This document shows, one piece after another, positions 10,948 through 22,532 of a DNA stretch of 37,088 nt. Within the stretch, counting starts at the first letter, position 1; every line of letters begins with the position of its first letter. Position numbers and translations under genes: made by a program. The DNA is from Octopus sinensis (Eukaryota): assembly GCF_006345805.1 (NCBI RefSeq), contig NW_021829876.1, positions 1 to 37,088 of the forward strand, given 5' to 3'. The notes under the pieces were generated by a model that worked only from the letters and a program-made list of their open reading frames with translations, was not told where the DNA came from and did no database searches.

Positions 10948-10986
10948 CCACGTCACTATATGACATCACTCTATGACGTCACTACA
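10948..10986 (+). promoter_or_regulatory. Three CRE/ATF-like sites at 13-bp period
   Basis: CCACGTCACTATA-TGACATCACTCTA-TGACGTCACTACA; the third is a perfect TGACGTCA. Confidence 0.35.
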
Positions 10987-11029
10987 ATGGTGTTGAACAT
11001 TACAGAACTTGAAGTAGTCGGTACCATTC

Positions 11030-11700
11030 AAAGGAATATGTGAAGATAGCAGGAGCAAATATACACAAGGTGAAGGACTTGAAGCTTGGTACCTGGACAG
11101 GTAAGTATATGCCATCGATCAACGTCGTAGATTGCCGGACAGATAGATTGGTGTTAAACTTTACGGCATGTTGTGTGCTTCAGACCTCCACACTGAAAAG
11201 AGCTGGGACGAGGTAAGTAGCAGGGAGGTTATCCTCGTTCAGAAATGGCCAAGAAAGGAATCTACTCTCTAATGGTCGAGAATAATTTATCGTCTGACCA
11301 TTTTGTCTTGACACATTCCGCCTTTGGCAGCACTTAAGCATCTGGTTTTTCGTTTCCTGTTTAAAAACCGCATTCCATTGCTCAAGCTGACTATCTGTAG
11401 CCAACGCCAGTGCACTAAGGTCGTGCTATCTGAAGATTTTTTCTGGATGGTGTCCAGGTATGATCTCCGTCTTAGGACACAATCAACTGCAGCTGATTTT
11501 GTTGTTATGGTGATGGTGTTCGGATTCCAGAAAAGATTAAGATTTAGCGTCTTGCCTCTGGAATATCGTCAGGAATTTGTCATACTCTACCAGACGGGCT
11601 ATACTGATGGTAGAAGTTCTACTTTAGCAATTTTGGAGGACCTAGTGGTGCAGAAGAGCATTAACATTTCGGGGAAAAAATCTAAGTCACGACAAGAATA
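11030..11700. mobile_element. Highly decayed RTE-like LINE relics
   Basis: + strand NIHKVKDLK-LGTW resembles the RT thumb motif KVxDFKYLGSW. - strand LFWNP..RRSYLDTIQK resembles an RTE C-terminus. Both matches are weak. Confidence 0.3.
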
Positions 11701-11728
11701 AACTAGCTGGCCTGTTTTTGGAGGACGT

Positions 11729-12238
11729 CCAGGATGCTAAGTTTTCTTCCCACGGGTGTTCCGGATCCCAGTAATGAACTCATTTGCATACAGCCAATCA
11801 GAGCTCACCTTGACCTTGTTGTCAAGTTAACAAACACACTCTACCAAGTAAACTCAAGACGAAGAACGGTGCTGTAAGTCGACCGATCGCCAAGTTATTT
11901 TGGGGGCAAATAATTAGATTTGCATCTATACCTATTATCGGATTTTGTTAGAGGCCCCATATGGTAAAGACACGGATGGGAAAAATGTGGGTAGAGGGTG
12001 ATGTGCTAGCGACATCTGTTTTACAAAGTATAAAGCAATACAAATAACTACGCAGAGGCAGCCATGGTTGAAACGAACAAAAACAAGCATTCTTGAAAGT
12101 GAAAAGTGACCTTATCTTATCGCCCATCAATTATGCGCTCATAAATTAGTTTGATAGTTGTGCTCTGATTGGCAGTATGCAAATGAGTTCATAACTGGGG
12201 TCCAGAACTCTCGTGGGGAAAAATTCGCGTTATCCTGG
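11729..12238. mobile_element. Inverted-repeat element (about 75-bp imperfect arms), probable MITE/DNA transposon relic
   Basis: CCAGGAT..CCACGGGTGTTCCGGATCCCAGTAATGAACTCATTTGCATACAGCCAATCAGAGC is mirrored at 12162-12238. No TSD seen. Confidence 0.65.
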
Positions 12239-13236
12239 CAGCGCTACTGAGATGCACTACGAGTTCTATATAAACTACATAAGTAGAGAAGTACCACCAG
12301 GTAGGACTGTTAGAGATGCGCCCACAGCCACGAAACTCACTACATTCGGAATGGCCTTGTTTAAGTATTGCTGAATTGCAGAGTTGTGTAGTGCTGCTGT
12401 TTCCGCGTATTGAACGAATCCAGCCATCAGTAGTCACCATCGTGAGGGTCGCTCCACCATTGGCCGCGTTAAAGGCGGAGTAGATGGTCTGCCTATGCCT
12501 AGTGACAACGGAGGAAGAGATTGTTTTGTAGACGAGTCTTGAAAAAAGCCATCTTCCGCTTCTGTCAACCGCCCATCTTTTTCCAAGTCCCCGTAAAGGC
12601 GCGTGGCTCGGTGCTTAGCATTTGTTTCAAGGGTGTCTGTTGAGAAGGACTGATGATGGTAACACATAGATGATGCAGTCCTCCTCATACAGAAAGGCTT
12701 CCAACCAAACCCAGCCAGGAGACCTCACAGATCTATTAACACCTAGGCCACTAAGAACACTAGCCCTCGATCAACTCAACCTTTTCTCTTAGTTGCAGAA
12801 CACTTTGTGCCAACTCGCCTGCTTTGAAACTCACTGTGTTTCCATCTAAATGGACAGTTCTTTCTATAGCCTACATAAACAGATGTCTAAGGTTCCGATC
12901 TTTACGGGGACTTTTTGGTGATTATGTACAGTACGCCTACGCACGCCTACGCACGCCTACACACCACCAATTGTAGACATAGTCTCACATTGTAGACATA
13001 GTCTCACATGCACACACTCTGATACACGCGTGCGCGCGCACACACATATATAGATAAAACGATAGATTGATAGATATAAATATATACACTTAAACATATA
13101 TGGGATAGTATGCATTATATATATACATATGCATTATACTTATATATATGTGTGTAATATATATTTTATATATATATATTCCCTTCACATATCTATGTGT
13201 GCATATATATATGATGTATATATATATAATATATAT

Positions 13237-13279
<43 letters not shown>

Positions 13280-14205
13280 GTTCGACGTCCTTTTGGTGTC
13301 CTGTACTCATATATGCGTGTATATGTACATGTAGAGGTAGGTACGTACATATATGTTTATATATACATGCTATGTTTTATTTATTAATATATTATATACA
13401 TATATATATATATGCATACATACATACATACATACACATACCTACATACATACATATAATTGATTAATTGACGGAGCTCAAAACGTCAAAATAAATGGCG
13501 GTTTTTTTTACAAAGTGTCTTTTTCTCCTGGTTTAATCCTTTAATTCGTGATAAAACTTTCGAGAGCGACTAAGTTTCCTCTGCTTGACAGCTGTTCATT
13601 GTGATATAGAAACAGCACCCACCTACCCACCTAGCTCTTTCCCTCCCTCACGCTCTATCTACCTGCCTACCTACCTACCTTCATACATACCTACCTACCT
13701 ATCCACTTTGATACATACCTTAACCTATCTCTCTGTCTGTCTGTCTTCTTCATGTACCTCACGTCTCAACTCTCATTAAACACTAGACTTGTATACGTTA
13801 AGAGGTAAATTTGTTTTTTTTTCTATTTTATTTTATTTTATATTATTTTATCAATAAGATTGAAAATTAAAAAATGAACCATTTACGTCATATTTATCTC
13901 ACTTGAATTCATTGACACTTCTTAATGTTGTTAATCTATGTTGTTGTTGTTTAACCTTAGGTCTACTTCCAGGTAGATAGACAGGTAAGTAGTTTGCTGT
14001 GTATTTGAGTAGGTACTGAACTGTGTGGATATGGGCCTGTGTAGATCTCACTGTCGACGTTGAGCAAACTTAACCTCTATCAAAACATTAACCAATATAT
14101 TAACATTCATAAACTTAACGGCATTCCATCCGTGGCTGTCTTTTCTTTCTCCTAAATGCAAGCAATCCGGATTCTCATTATCCGACACACACACACACAC
14201 GCGCA

Positions 14206-14267
<62 letters not shown>

Positions 14268-14302
14268 TAAGAAATAGAAAGTTTTTGATACAGCATTATA
14301 TA

Positions 14303-14687
14303 TCTCTATATATATATAAATCTGAAGTTGTCTGTAGATGGTAGGTTTGGTAGCCTTCAACTAACACTATCTCCTCCGAGACCCTGTGGCAGTAAGTTGA
14401 CCAAAACTGACAGAAGGTTTGCTCTTCCTCCCGTAGGAGAAAAAATTCGAATCGAACAATGTTAACACCAAAAATTATTTACATCAAAAAGGTGCTTTTC
14501 TTCTATGAAAATCCTTATGTTTTACGATTTTTTTTAATGCTGTGTCGCCATTTTTCGGTGTATTTCAACCAGAAAAATGTTCACTTAAAGAGAATAGCAA
14601 GCTACATAATGCAAAATTTTTACTTTTGAAAAATTCCAATTCTAAAGGGTCGAAACAAACCCGAGCAACGCTGGGCGATACTGCTAG
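14303..14687 (+). mobile_element. Non-autonomous Helitron, copy 2
   Basis: A|TC..CTAG|T termini and hairpin CCCGAGCAACGCTGGG; highly similar to 3645-4039. Confidence 0.8.
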
Positions 14688-14820
14688 TATATGAAAAAAT
14701 TAATAGAAATGACATTTGTCCCAATTTTTCTGCTTTAATAATTAAATGTTTATAATTTTACAAAAGGTTCTTATAAATATCATTAAGATGGAAAAATTAT
14801 CAGAAAAAACAATTTCTATT

Positions 14821-14861
<41 letters not shown>

Positions 14862-14871
14862 TATATATATA

Positions 14872-15015
14872 TATACGACGGACTTCTTCCAGTTTCCGTT
14901 TACGAGATCCATTCACAAGGCTTTGTAGAAGACACTTGCCCAAGATGACACACTGTAGGATTGAACCCTGAATTATGTGGCTGGTAAACAAGCTATTTAC
15001 AACACAGCCACACCC
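14872..15015 (-). mobile_element. tRNA/CORE-like SINE (family B), 5' part
   Basis: Minus strand GTGGCTGTGTTG..GGTTCAATCC..TGTGTCATCTTGGGCAAGTG..GAAACTGGAAGAAGTCCGTCG. Confidence 0.65.
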
Positions 15016-15380
15016 GAGTGAGATTTGTCTGATATTACGAAGCATCTCCAATGACCATGTTTCTGTGTTGAGCATTCCGGTTGCCCTGTCAAATGTCTGG
15101 TTGTTTATTCACCGTGATTTTTACTAATCGTTCCTTACGTCGTGGCTTTGAAATTTCAATGCCGTGATTGTTGTCATTTAGAACGACATTGGAGCATGGA
15201 TGTGAGAGGCCAAATCTTGCTAATTTGAACATAAATCATGTAGGATATTTTGGACTTATATGATCATTTTAAATGTTAAAGGGTTAAGCTACCCTCGTTG
15301 GTTCCTGGCTAACTGTTATCTCGCTGTCATGAGTTTGTTTCCTTATGTATTGGGTCTTCTACTCTTGTTTTTTTTTTTTT

Positions 15381-15676
15381 GTTCCTTCTTGAGCCATGCT
15401 TGGCTTAGAGGGCCGGTTTCCCGGTTTCTTTGGCGTATAGGTTCCCCATCTGGACGAGACGCCAGTCCGTCGCAGGTGAACTGCAAGATGCAGGAGGAAA
15501 GAGCGAGAGAAAGTTGTGGCGAAAGAATCAGCAGCAGTTCGCCTTTACCTTCTGCCGGAGCCGCGTGGAGCTTAGGTGTTTCGCTCATAGACACACACAT
15601 TGCTCGGTCTAAGATTTGAACCTGCGATACCTCGACTGCGAGTCCGCTGCTCTAACCACTAGGCCATGTGCATCCA
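15381..15676 (-). mobile_element. Near full-length tRNA-derived SINE (family C)
   Basis: A box TGGCCTAGTGG, B box GGTTCAAATC, CORE-like TGTGTCTATGAGCGAAACACCTAAG, CCTGCGACGGACTGGCG..GAAACCGGGA body, A-rich tail. Confidence 0.8.
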
Positions 15677-15779
15677 CTCTCTTCTTGGTAGTCACTCGCA
15701 ACTGTGCAGAGCGGTGATGCGTAAAATGATTGGATACGCCGAATTCACAGCGCATGTCCTTGCGATCGAAACAACAGCA

Positions 15780-15829
15780 CCATTCGGTGGATTTCGTAGA
15801 CAGAAACTAAGAGGTCGGTCGTATGTGTG

Positions 15830-15861
<32 letters not shown>

Positions 15862-16194
15862 TGTATGTATGTATGTATGTATGTATGTATGTATGTTAGT
15901 ATGTATGTATGTATGTATGTATTGTATGTATGTAGTATGTATGTATGTATGTATGTATTGTATGTATGTATGTATGTATGTATGTAATTGTATGTCTGTG
16001 TTTGTGCATCCACCACCATCACTTGACAACCGATGTTGGTGTGTTTAGATCCCCTAACTTAGCGATTTGGTAAAAAAAAAAGGCCGAGAGAATAAGTAGT
16101 GGGCTTACAAAGAATAAGTCCTGCGGTCGATTTGTTCGACTAAAGGCGGTGCTCCAGCATGGCCACAGTCAAATGACTGAAACGAATAAAAGAA
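15780..16194 (+). mobile_element. SINE family B, 3' part with an internal expanded (TATG)n and a CR1-like tail
   Basis: GTGGATTTCGTAGACAGAAACT matches the 14872-15015 body. The tail GGTGCTCCAGCATGG..CTGAAACGAATAAAAGAA is shared with 36794-36840. Confidence 0.75.
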
Positions 16195-16212
16195 CATATA
16201 CACACACCACAC

Positions 16213-16274
<62 letters not shown>

Positions 16275-16699
16275 AAAAAAAATACAAACTAGGACAAGAA
16301 CGCAAAACATTTAGAAGACGATACAAAAAATGGAGGGGACATTCGAAACCTTCAATCTTCAGTCAAGAACCGGATCATCCTCGCAATTTCGGCTGATTAA
16401 TCTTGAGATTGCTCCGATCTGGCCAGCCCCAAAGGAAAATCTAAGTCAAGCGCATTAGATTCCTCGGAAGAAAGCCTCGAATGTATACAAAACAAGGACG
16501 GAAAAACGGACGATGTTACACGAATAAGAATACAAAAATACGTAAAAACAATAATGATAATAATAATAACAACAAAACCAGGACGTCACAGAGGAGGCAT
16601 CTTTCGACAGGACGAGAAAACTTTGAGCTGGCGTGTTAGAAAAATGCCTTAGGGCAAAGAGAGAAAAAAAGTGTCTTGCCGCGACGGCTGCTAAGCACG

Positions 16700-16700
<1 letters not shown>
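16275..16700. mobile_element. Dispersed repeat family D (retroelement terminal-like), copy 1
   Basis: Near-identical core ATCTTCAGTCAAGAACCGGATCATCCTCGCAATTTCGGCTGATTAATCTTGAGAT at about 27840; a diverged relative lies at 34650-34945 on the opposite strand. Confidence 0.75.
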
Positions 16701-16732
<32 letters not shown>

Positions 16733-17203
16733 TATATATATATATAGATATATATACAAAGGCATGTCTAGAGGAGTACTACTCAGTGTTTGTGAAATGT
16801 ATAAAAGGTGTAAGTAGAGTAACCAGCGATTTATACGTTCAGTTATGTTAGCGATATATCTGCATGCTTCAACGGCCATCTATGAGCGTGGGTGAGTATG
16901 TAAATTTGTACGGACGTACGTACGTTTGTATGTATGTTTGTATGCATGCATGAATGAATGCGCGTATGCCAAAATATATATGAATGAATTATGTGAATGT
17001 ATATATCAAAGTGTGTATGTGTATGTGTGTGCGTGTGTGTGTGTCTGAGTGCATGTGTGTGTATATATTTCTGATTTGTATTGTTGGGAATTTCCGGTGT
17101 GGCTTGAGGCAAAATATTTTTCTTTCATATTTATTTTATCGCTTTCTCACTTTATCTTCTTTTCTCTCTTCCCTTCTTTCATATATGTGCGTGTACACAC
17201 ACA

Positions 17204-17269
<66 letters not shown>

Positions 17270-17538
17270 GGTCTTACACCCGCTTGTAGAAGTAGAAATC
17301 AATGCTCTGCAGCAAGGAAGTACCCTTATATGGTAACTTGACCTGAGTACATATTACAACAACTGTTTCTCACGACTCCTTATGACATGTAGACACACAC
17401 GCGCGCCACACCCATACACACCACACAACATCAGTGAACATATAACTACACACAAGCGCACAAAACCTTTATAGATATACGAGTGAGTCTGGTGTTGGTG
17501 TGTGCATTATATATATATTGTAAAATATATATATACAT

Positions 17539-17681
<143 letters not shown>

Positions 17682-17925
17682 TAAATAAGGGCAGAAATTG
17701 ATATTAATCAATTAAAACAGTGGCTTACCATATTTAAAAAAAATCCGAAGATTAAAAATTGCTTCACATACAAAATTTAGAGGATGACCACTAAAAGTGG
17801 ACAGCCTATATGCTAACGTAGACGTCAAACGGCGTTTACGACGAGAAGAATGTGTTCTCAAGTAAAATCTCAGCAAAAAAACAAAATGTAAAAACTAAGA
17901 AAGCCTCTAAATTGTGTATATATAT

Positions 17926-17957
<32 letters not shown>

Positions 17958-17984
17958 ATATATATATAATATATATATATAAAG

Positions 17985-18190
17985 TTAATCCAAAACAAGA
18001 AAACACAAAAAAAACACAGCAACGCGAGGACGTGGAACAAATAAAGTATTATTGGACGCTCAGGAAGAAAGAAGAAGAGGTTTTAACGTTCGAGCGGAGC
18101 TCTTCGTCGGAAAACAAAGGAGAAGGAAAGATCCCGAGAAGGGGAAGACAGAGGAAAAAAAAATTGCTGGCGGTGCTCACGAGGTCTACT
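17985..18190 (-). mobile_element. PLE-associated repeat with a decayed minimal hammerhead (18081-18114)
   Basis: Minus strand TTTT-CCGACGA-A-GAGC-TCC-GCTC-GAA-CGTTA-AAA; partial copy at 1318-1410. Confidence 0.55.
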
Positions 18191-18228
18191 GAGTGCCTTA
18201 TATATATACATATATATATATATACATT

Positions 18229-18260
<32 letters not shown>

Positions 18261-19025
18261 TATATATATATATTTATATATTTATGCATATATACATATG
18301 TATGTATGTTTGTAAATATATATATATATATATAGGATTAAATACACATATATGTTTGTATGTGTGCGCTGCGCGTGTGTGTGTTGGTGTGTGTGTGCGT
18401 GTGTGTATGTTTGTATTTGTCTGTATCTATTTATGTATTTGTATGTGTGTATCTTGAATGATATTGACAATTTATCGAAAACACCTGAAGACGATGTAAC
18501 ATTGAATCTGCGTCCAAGCAAAGTTCTTTTTGAATATGTTCGCCCCTCTATACTCCCTCGATGTCTTTTTCCGTCTTTTGTGATTCCCTGCCGTTCTATG
18601 TGGCTTCCTATGATCTCGGCCCCACCTTTAAATAAACCTCTTGCTATCGCATGTCTATCCATTCAGAAGGCCATGTTAATTTACGGAACCCAACCTTTTC
18701 TCACCTACATTCGATAACTTAGCGCTTCAGGGTTTTTTTTTTTGTATTGCCCAAACCCCCGTGAGGTATGCGGGATGAGGATATTTTACCTGAATTTAAA
18801 GGATTGGGGTATAAATTTGCTGTTTGAAGCAATTACATTCGTTTTCTTCTTTTCATTTTAAAGCCATAATTCTGACAAAATTGTCAGTCTATAGAAAGGA
18901 AAATGATATGGTTATGGACTTTAATTTGACTTTTTCATATATATAAAGAATGGAAGACCCGCGTGTTGGCGGTATCGTTAGAGCGTCGAACAAAATGCTT
19001 TGTAATATTTACTTTGGCTTCATAA

Positions 19026-19810
19026 GGGCAGCGGGCTGGCAGAATCGTTAGCATGCCGTATAAGATACTTAGCGGTATTTCGTCTGTCTTTACGTTCTGA
19101 GTTCTATTTCCGCCGAGGTCGACTTTGTCTTTCATACTTTCGGGGTCGATATATTAAGTAGAAGTTGCGAACTGGGGTCGATCTAATCGACTGGCTCCTT
19201 CCCCCAAAATTTCGGGCCTTGTGTCTAAAGTAGAAAAGAATCTGTCTCACTTTAAAGGCGGGTGAGCTGGCAGAAAGGTTAGCACGCCGGGCAAAATGCT
19301 TAGCGGCATTTTGTCCATCTTTACGTTCTGAGTTCAATTTCCGCAGAGGTCGACTTTGCCTTTCATCCTTTCTGGGTCGATAAATTAAGTACCAGTTGCG
19401 TACTGGTGTCGATCTAATCGACTCAACCCCTCCCCCAAACTTTCGGGCCTTGTGCCTAGAGTAGAAAGGAATCGTTAGCACGCGCTGCAAGATGTTTTGC
19501 GCCATTTATTCCCTCTTTAAGTTCTGAGTTCAAATTTCGCAGAGGCCTACTTTGCTTCTCATCCTTTGGGGGTCAATAAAATAAGTACTGGCATCCATGT
19601 AACTGACTTACTCAGAACCCCTATCTTGCTGGCTGTGTACCAAGGAATATTTGTCTTGGCTTTTACGTAATGAATTCAGAAGTCGCCATGTTTCACCTTT
19701 GCTCTCCATCCTCTGGATCGATAAATGTAGCCGTCAAGAGCTTGCGGCTATATCGTCTTTGAGTCCAATAATCTCAGAATTGCAGGCATGGTGCTGAAAG
19801 TGGAATTCAT
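19026..19810 (+). mobile_element. Cluster of about 4 head-to-tail family A SINE copies
   Basis: A box TGGCAGAATCGTTAGC, B box GAGTTCAA(A)TTCC, conserved body GTCGACTTTGCCTTTCATCC..GGTCGATAAATTAAGTACCAG. Confidence 0.9.
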
Positions 19811-19854
19811 GAAAAAAAGTGAGCTGACAAAATAATAAAAACGTTGATCTAACG

Positions 19855-20152
19855 AACGGGTCCTCCGTCGGTTACGACGACGAAGGTTCTAGTTGATTCG
19901 ATCAATGGAACAGCCTACTCGTGAAATTAACCTGCAAGTGGTTGAGTATTCCATAGACAAGCGTAACCATAACATAGTTCTCAGGAAGATTCAGCGTGAC
20001 ACAGAGTGTGACAAAGCTGGCCCTCATTAATTACAGGTACAACAGAATGGATGGGAACAATGTGAAATAAATTGTCTTGCTCAATGACACAAGGCTCCAC
20101 CAGGAATTGAAACCAAAACCTTACGATCATGAGAAGAATAGGCTAATAACTG
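19855..20152 (-). mobile_element. tRNA/CORE-like SINE (family E)
   Basis: Minus strand GGTTTCAATTCC B box followed by CORE-like TGTGTCATTGAGCAAGACA. Confidence 0.6.
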
Positions 20153-20410
20153 ACAAAATGCCCCGTAGTGTGTTTCACCGGTTCTTTACATTTTGAGTTC
20201 AAACCACCATCGAGGTCAATTTTGCTTTTCGTGCCTTCGGGGTCGATAAAATAAGTACCAGTTGAGCGCTGGGGTCAATGTACCTCCCCATCCCCCGACC
20301 TTGCTGGTCCTGTTTTTAAATTATAAACCAATATTCTGTTTCTTATTTCGGAATCGTCAGAGCATCGAACAAAATACCTTCTGGTGTTTCTTTCTACCTT
20401 TTACTTTCTA
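20153..20410 (+). mobile_element. Family A SINE copies (degenerate)
   Basis: GAGTTCAAA..CGAGGTCAATTTTGCTTTTCGTGCCTTCGGGGTCGATAAAATAAGTACCAG. Confidence 0.75.
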
Positions 20411-20546
20411 AGATTTCTGTTGATCATTTATTAAAGAGGTCCAAAATATTCATATTTGGTGTGACTGGTCTTTAGAGACATCAGTCAGTTATTTTTTTTG
20501 TTTTGAGAAAGTGGAACTGTTCCAGCCTCAGATGAGGTTTTCCTCT

Positions 20547-20590
<44 letters not shown>

Positions 20591-20734
20591 TCACACTTTC
20601 ATTCATTCATTCATTCACTCACTCATTCCTTCCTTCCTTCATTCATTCATTCTTTCTTTCTTTCTTTCATTCATTCACTCATTCATTCATTCTTTCTTTC
20701 TGTCTCTTTCTGTCTTTCTCTCCCTTTTTCTTCT

Positions 20735-20771
<37 letters not shown>

Positions 20772-21094
20772 ATTCATTCATTAATTTACTGTTTGCTTTA
20801 TCCAATCTTTCATTGAAATTTTATTTCATTCACTCATTCATTCATTCTCTCACCTTCTCCTCTTTCTCCACCTCTCCTCCTCCTCCTCTCTAACTTTTAA
20901 TGCCTCTATCTTACGTTGTACGTCCACGACCACCACCACCGACGCTTGTGTTTTGTTATTTATAATCCAAACCATTACGTCAAATGAAATAATATCTCTA
21001 ATGATAAAAAGATTATCGGAATTCCTCCCACAGCCACCAGTCACCAGCGAAGAACGCCTGCTGCTGCTGCTGCTGCTGCTGTTGTTGTTGTTGC

Positions 21095-21290
21095 TGTTGT
21101 TGTTAAGCAACAAGACGGGTAAGGGTGATTAGGTGATGGTCTAGGGCCTAGGGGCGGGAGACCCCAGACCTTCGAAAAAAAAAACTTTGGTCGTCTTGTT
21201 GTAGTCGAGGGCTCTTCGTTGACGCCCGACACCACTGGGAGGTGGACCTCGGAGTCGCTGGAAATGGAGATCTCCAGGTCCAAATTCTTG
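21095..21290 (-). other. Conserved 196-nt cassette, copy 2
   Basis: Reverse complement of 10645-10840 with 8 substitutions; A10 at 21175-84, hairpin 21138-21170. Confidence 0.85.
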
Positions 21291-21330
21291 GACGGCGGCT
21301 GCTGCTGCTGCCGTTGCTACATGAATACAT
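21148..21330 (-). CDS. Candidate 60-aa small ORF (paralog of 10587-10787)
   Basis: AACC-ATG start; shares ..TSQWCRASTKSPRLQQDDQSFFFxRSGVSRP* with copy 1. Confidence 0.2.
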   Translation of the reverse strand: MYSCSNGSSSSRRPRIWTWRSPFPATPRSTSQWCRASTKSPRLQQDDQSFFFRRSGVSRP

Positions 21331-21452
21331 GGTTACTACATGGTTTACTATTTCGCTGCTTCAAATGTCATTTCGATAATAAAACATGGGGCTTAAAAGT
21401 AAAACAAAAAAAAAACTGATATTGTATAAAACACATAACATAATATTACAAA

Positions 21453-21476
21453 TGCAGCAGCAGCAGTAGCAGCAGC

Positions 21477-21509
<33 letters not shown>

Positions 21510-21516
21510 TGTAGTT

Positions 21517-21557
<41 letters not shown>

Positions 21558-21579
21558 TGTAGTTGTAGTAGTTGTAGTT

Positions 21580-21626
<47 letters not shown>

Positions 21627-21648
21627 TGTAGTTGTAGTAGTTGTAGTT

Positions 21649-21683
<35 letters not shown>

Positions 21684-21722
21684 TGTAGTTGTAGTAGTTG
21701 TAGTTGTAGTAGTAGTAGTTTT

Positions 21723-21766
<44 letters not shown>

Positions 21767-21886
21767 TGTAGTTGTAGTAGTTGTAGTTGTAGTTGTAGTA
21801 GTAGTAGTTGTAGTAGTAGTAGTAGTAGTAGTGTAGTAGTAGTAGTAGTTGTAGTTGTAGTAGTTGTAGTTGTAGTAGTAGTAGTT

Positions 21887-21924
<38 letters not shown>

Positions 21925-21961
21925 TGTAGTTGTAGTAGTTGTAGTTGTAGTAGTAGTAGTT

Positions 21962-21993
<32 letters not shown>

Positions 21994-22030
21994 TGTAGTT
22001 GTAGTAGTTGTAGTTGTAGTAGTAGTAGTT

Positions 22031-22068
<38 letters not shown>

Positions 22069-22260
22069 TGTAGTGTAGTAGTTGTAGTTGTAGTAAGTGT
22101 AGTAGTAGTAGTAGGAGTAGTAGTAGTAGTAGTAGTAGGAGTTGGTAGTGTAGTAGTTGTAGTTGTAGTAGTAGTAGTTGAGTAGTAGTAGTAGTGTAGT
22201 AGTAGTAGTAGTTGTAGTTGTAGTAGTTGTAGTTGTAGTAGTAGTAGTTGTAGTAGTAGT

Positions 22261-22298
<38 letters not shown>

Positions 22299-22334
22299 TG
22301 TAGTTGTAGTAGTTGTAGTTGTAGTGTAGTAGTT

Positions 22335-22375
<41 letters not shown>

Positions 22376-22415
22376 TGTAGTTGTAGTAGTTGTAGTTGTA
22401 GTAGTAGTAGTAGTT

Positions 22416-22456
<41 letters not shown>

Positions 22457-22493
22457 TGTAGTTGTAGTAGTTGTAGTTGTAGTAGTAGTAGTT

Positions 22494-22531
<38 letters not shown>
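21453..22531. repeat. About 1.1-kb (TAG)n array with patterned TTG variants
   Basis: Directly visible; the block TAGTTGTAGTTGTAGTAGTTGTAGTTG recurs. Confidence 0.97.

Positions 22532-22532
<1 letters not shown>

Noticed and set aside
11095-11220. Two consensus splice donors (AG|GTAAGT at 11100 and 11211)
   Set aside because: They lie within a probable RTE relic and no coherent exon or ORF could be built.
12648-12660. CTGATGA hammerhead core (also 2433-2440 - and 36782-36788)
   Set aside because: No stem II/GAAA/UH arrangement follows; the 2433 hit is the FADD codons of the RT.
12300-12900. Possible coding exon(s) in complex sequence
   Set aside because: Only short ORFs with no recognisable domain; cannot distinguish from old TE debris without a search.
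15600-15676. tRNA gene (also 34375-34460, 3560-3632)
   Set aside because: A/B boxes are present but there is no closed acceptor stem, and each continues into a SINE body.
16350-16415. Permuted (type II) hammerhead in family D: GAAA upstream of CTGAAGA on the minus strand
   Set aside because: I could not form convincing stems I-III in either copy.
18282-18930. 126-aa and 121-aa ORFs in a GC-richer block
   Set aside because: No recognisable motif, and both run into microsatellite; likely an unidentified TE relic.
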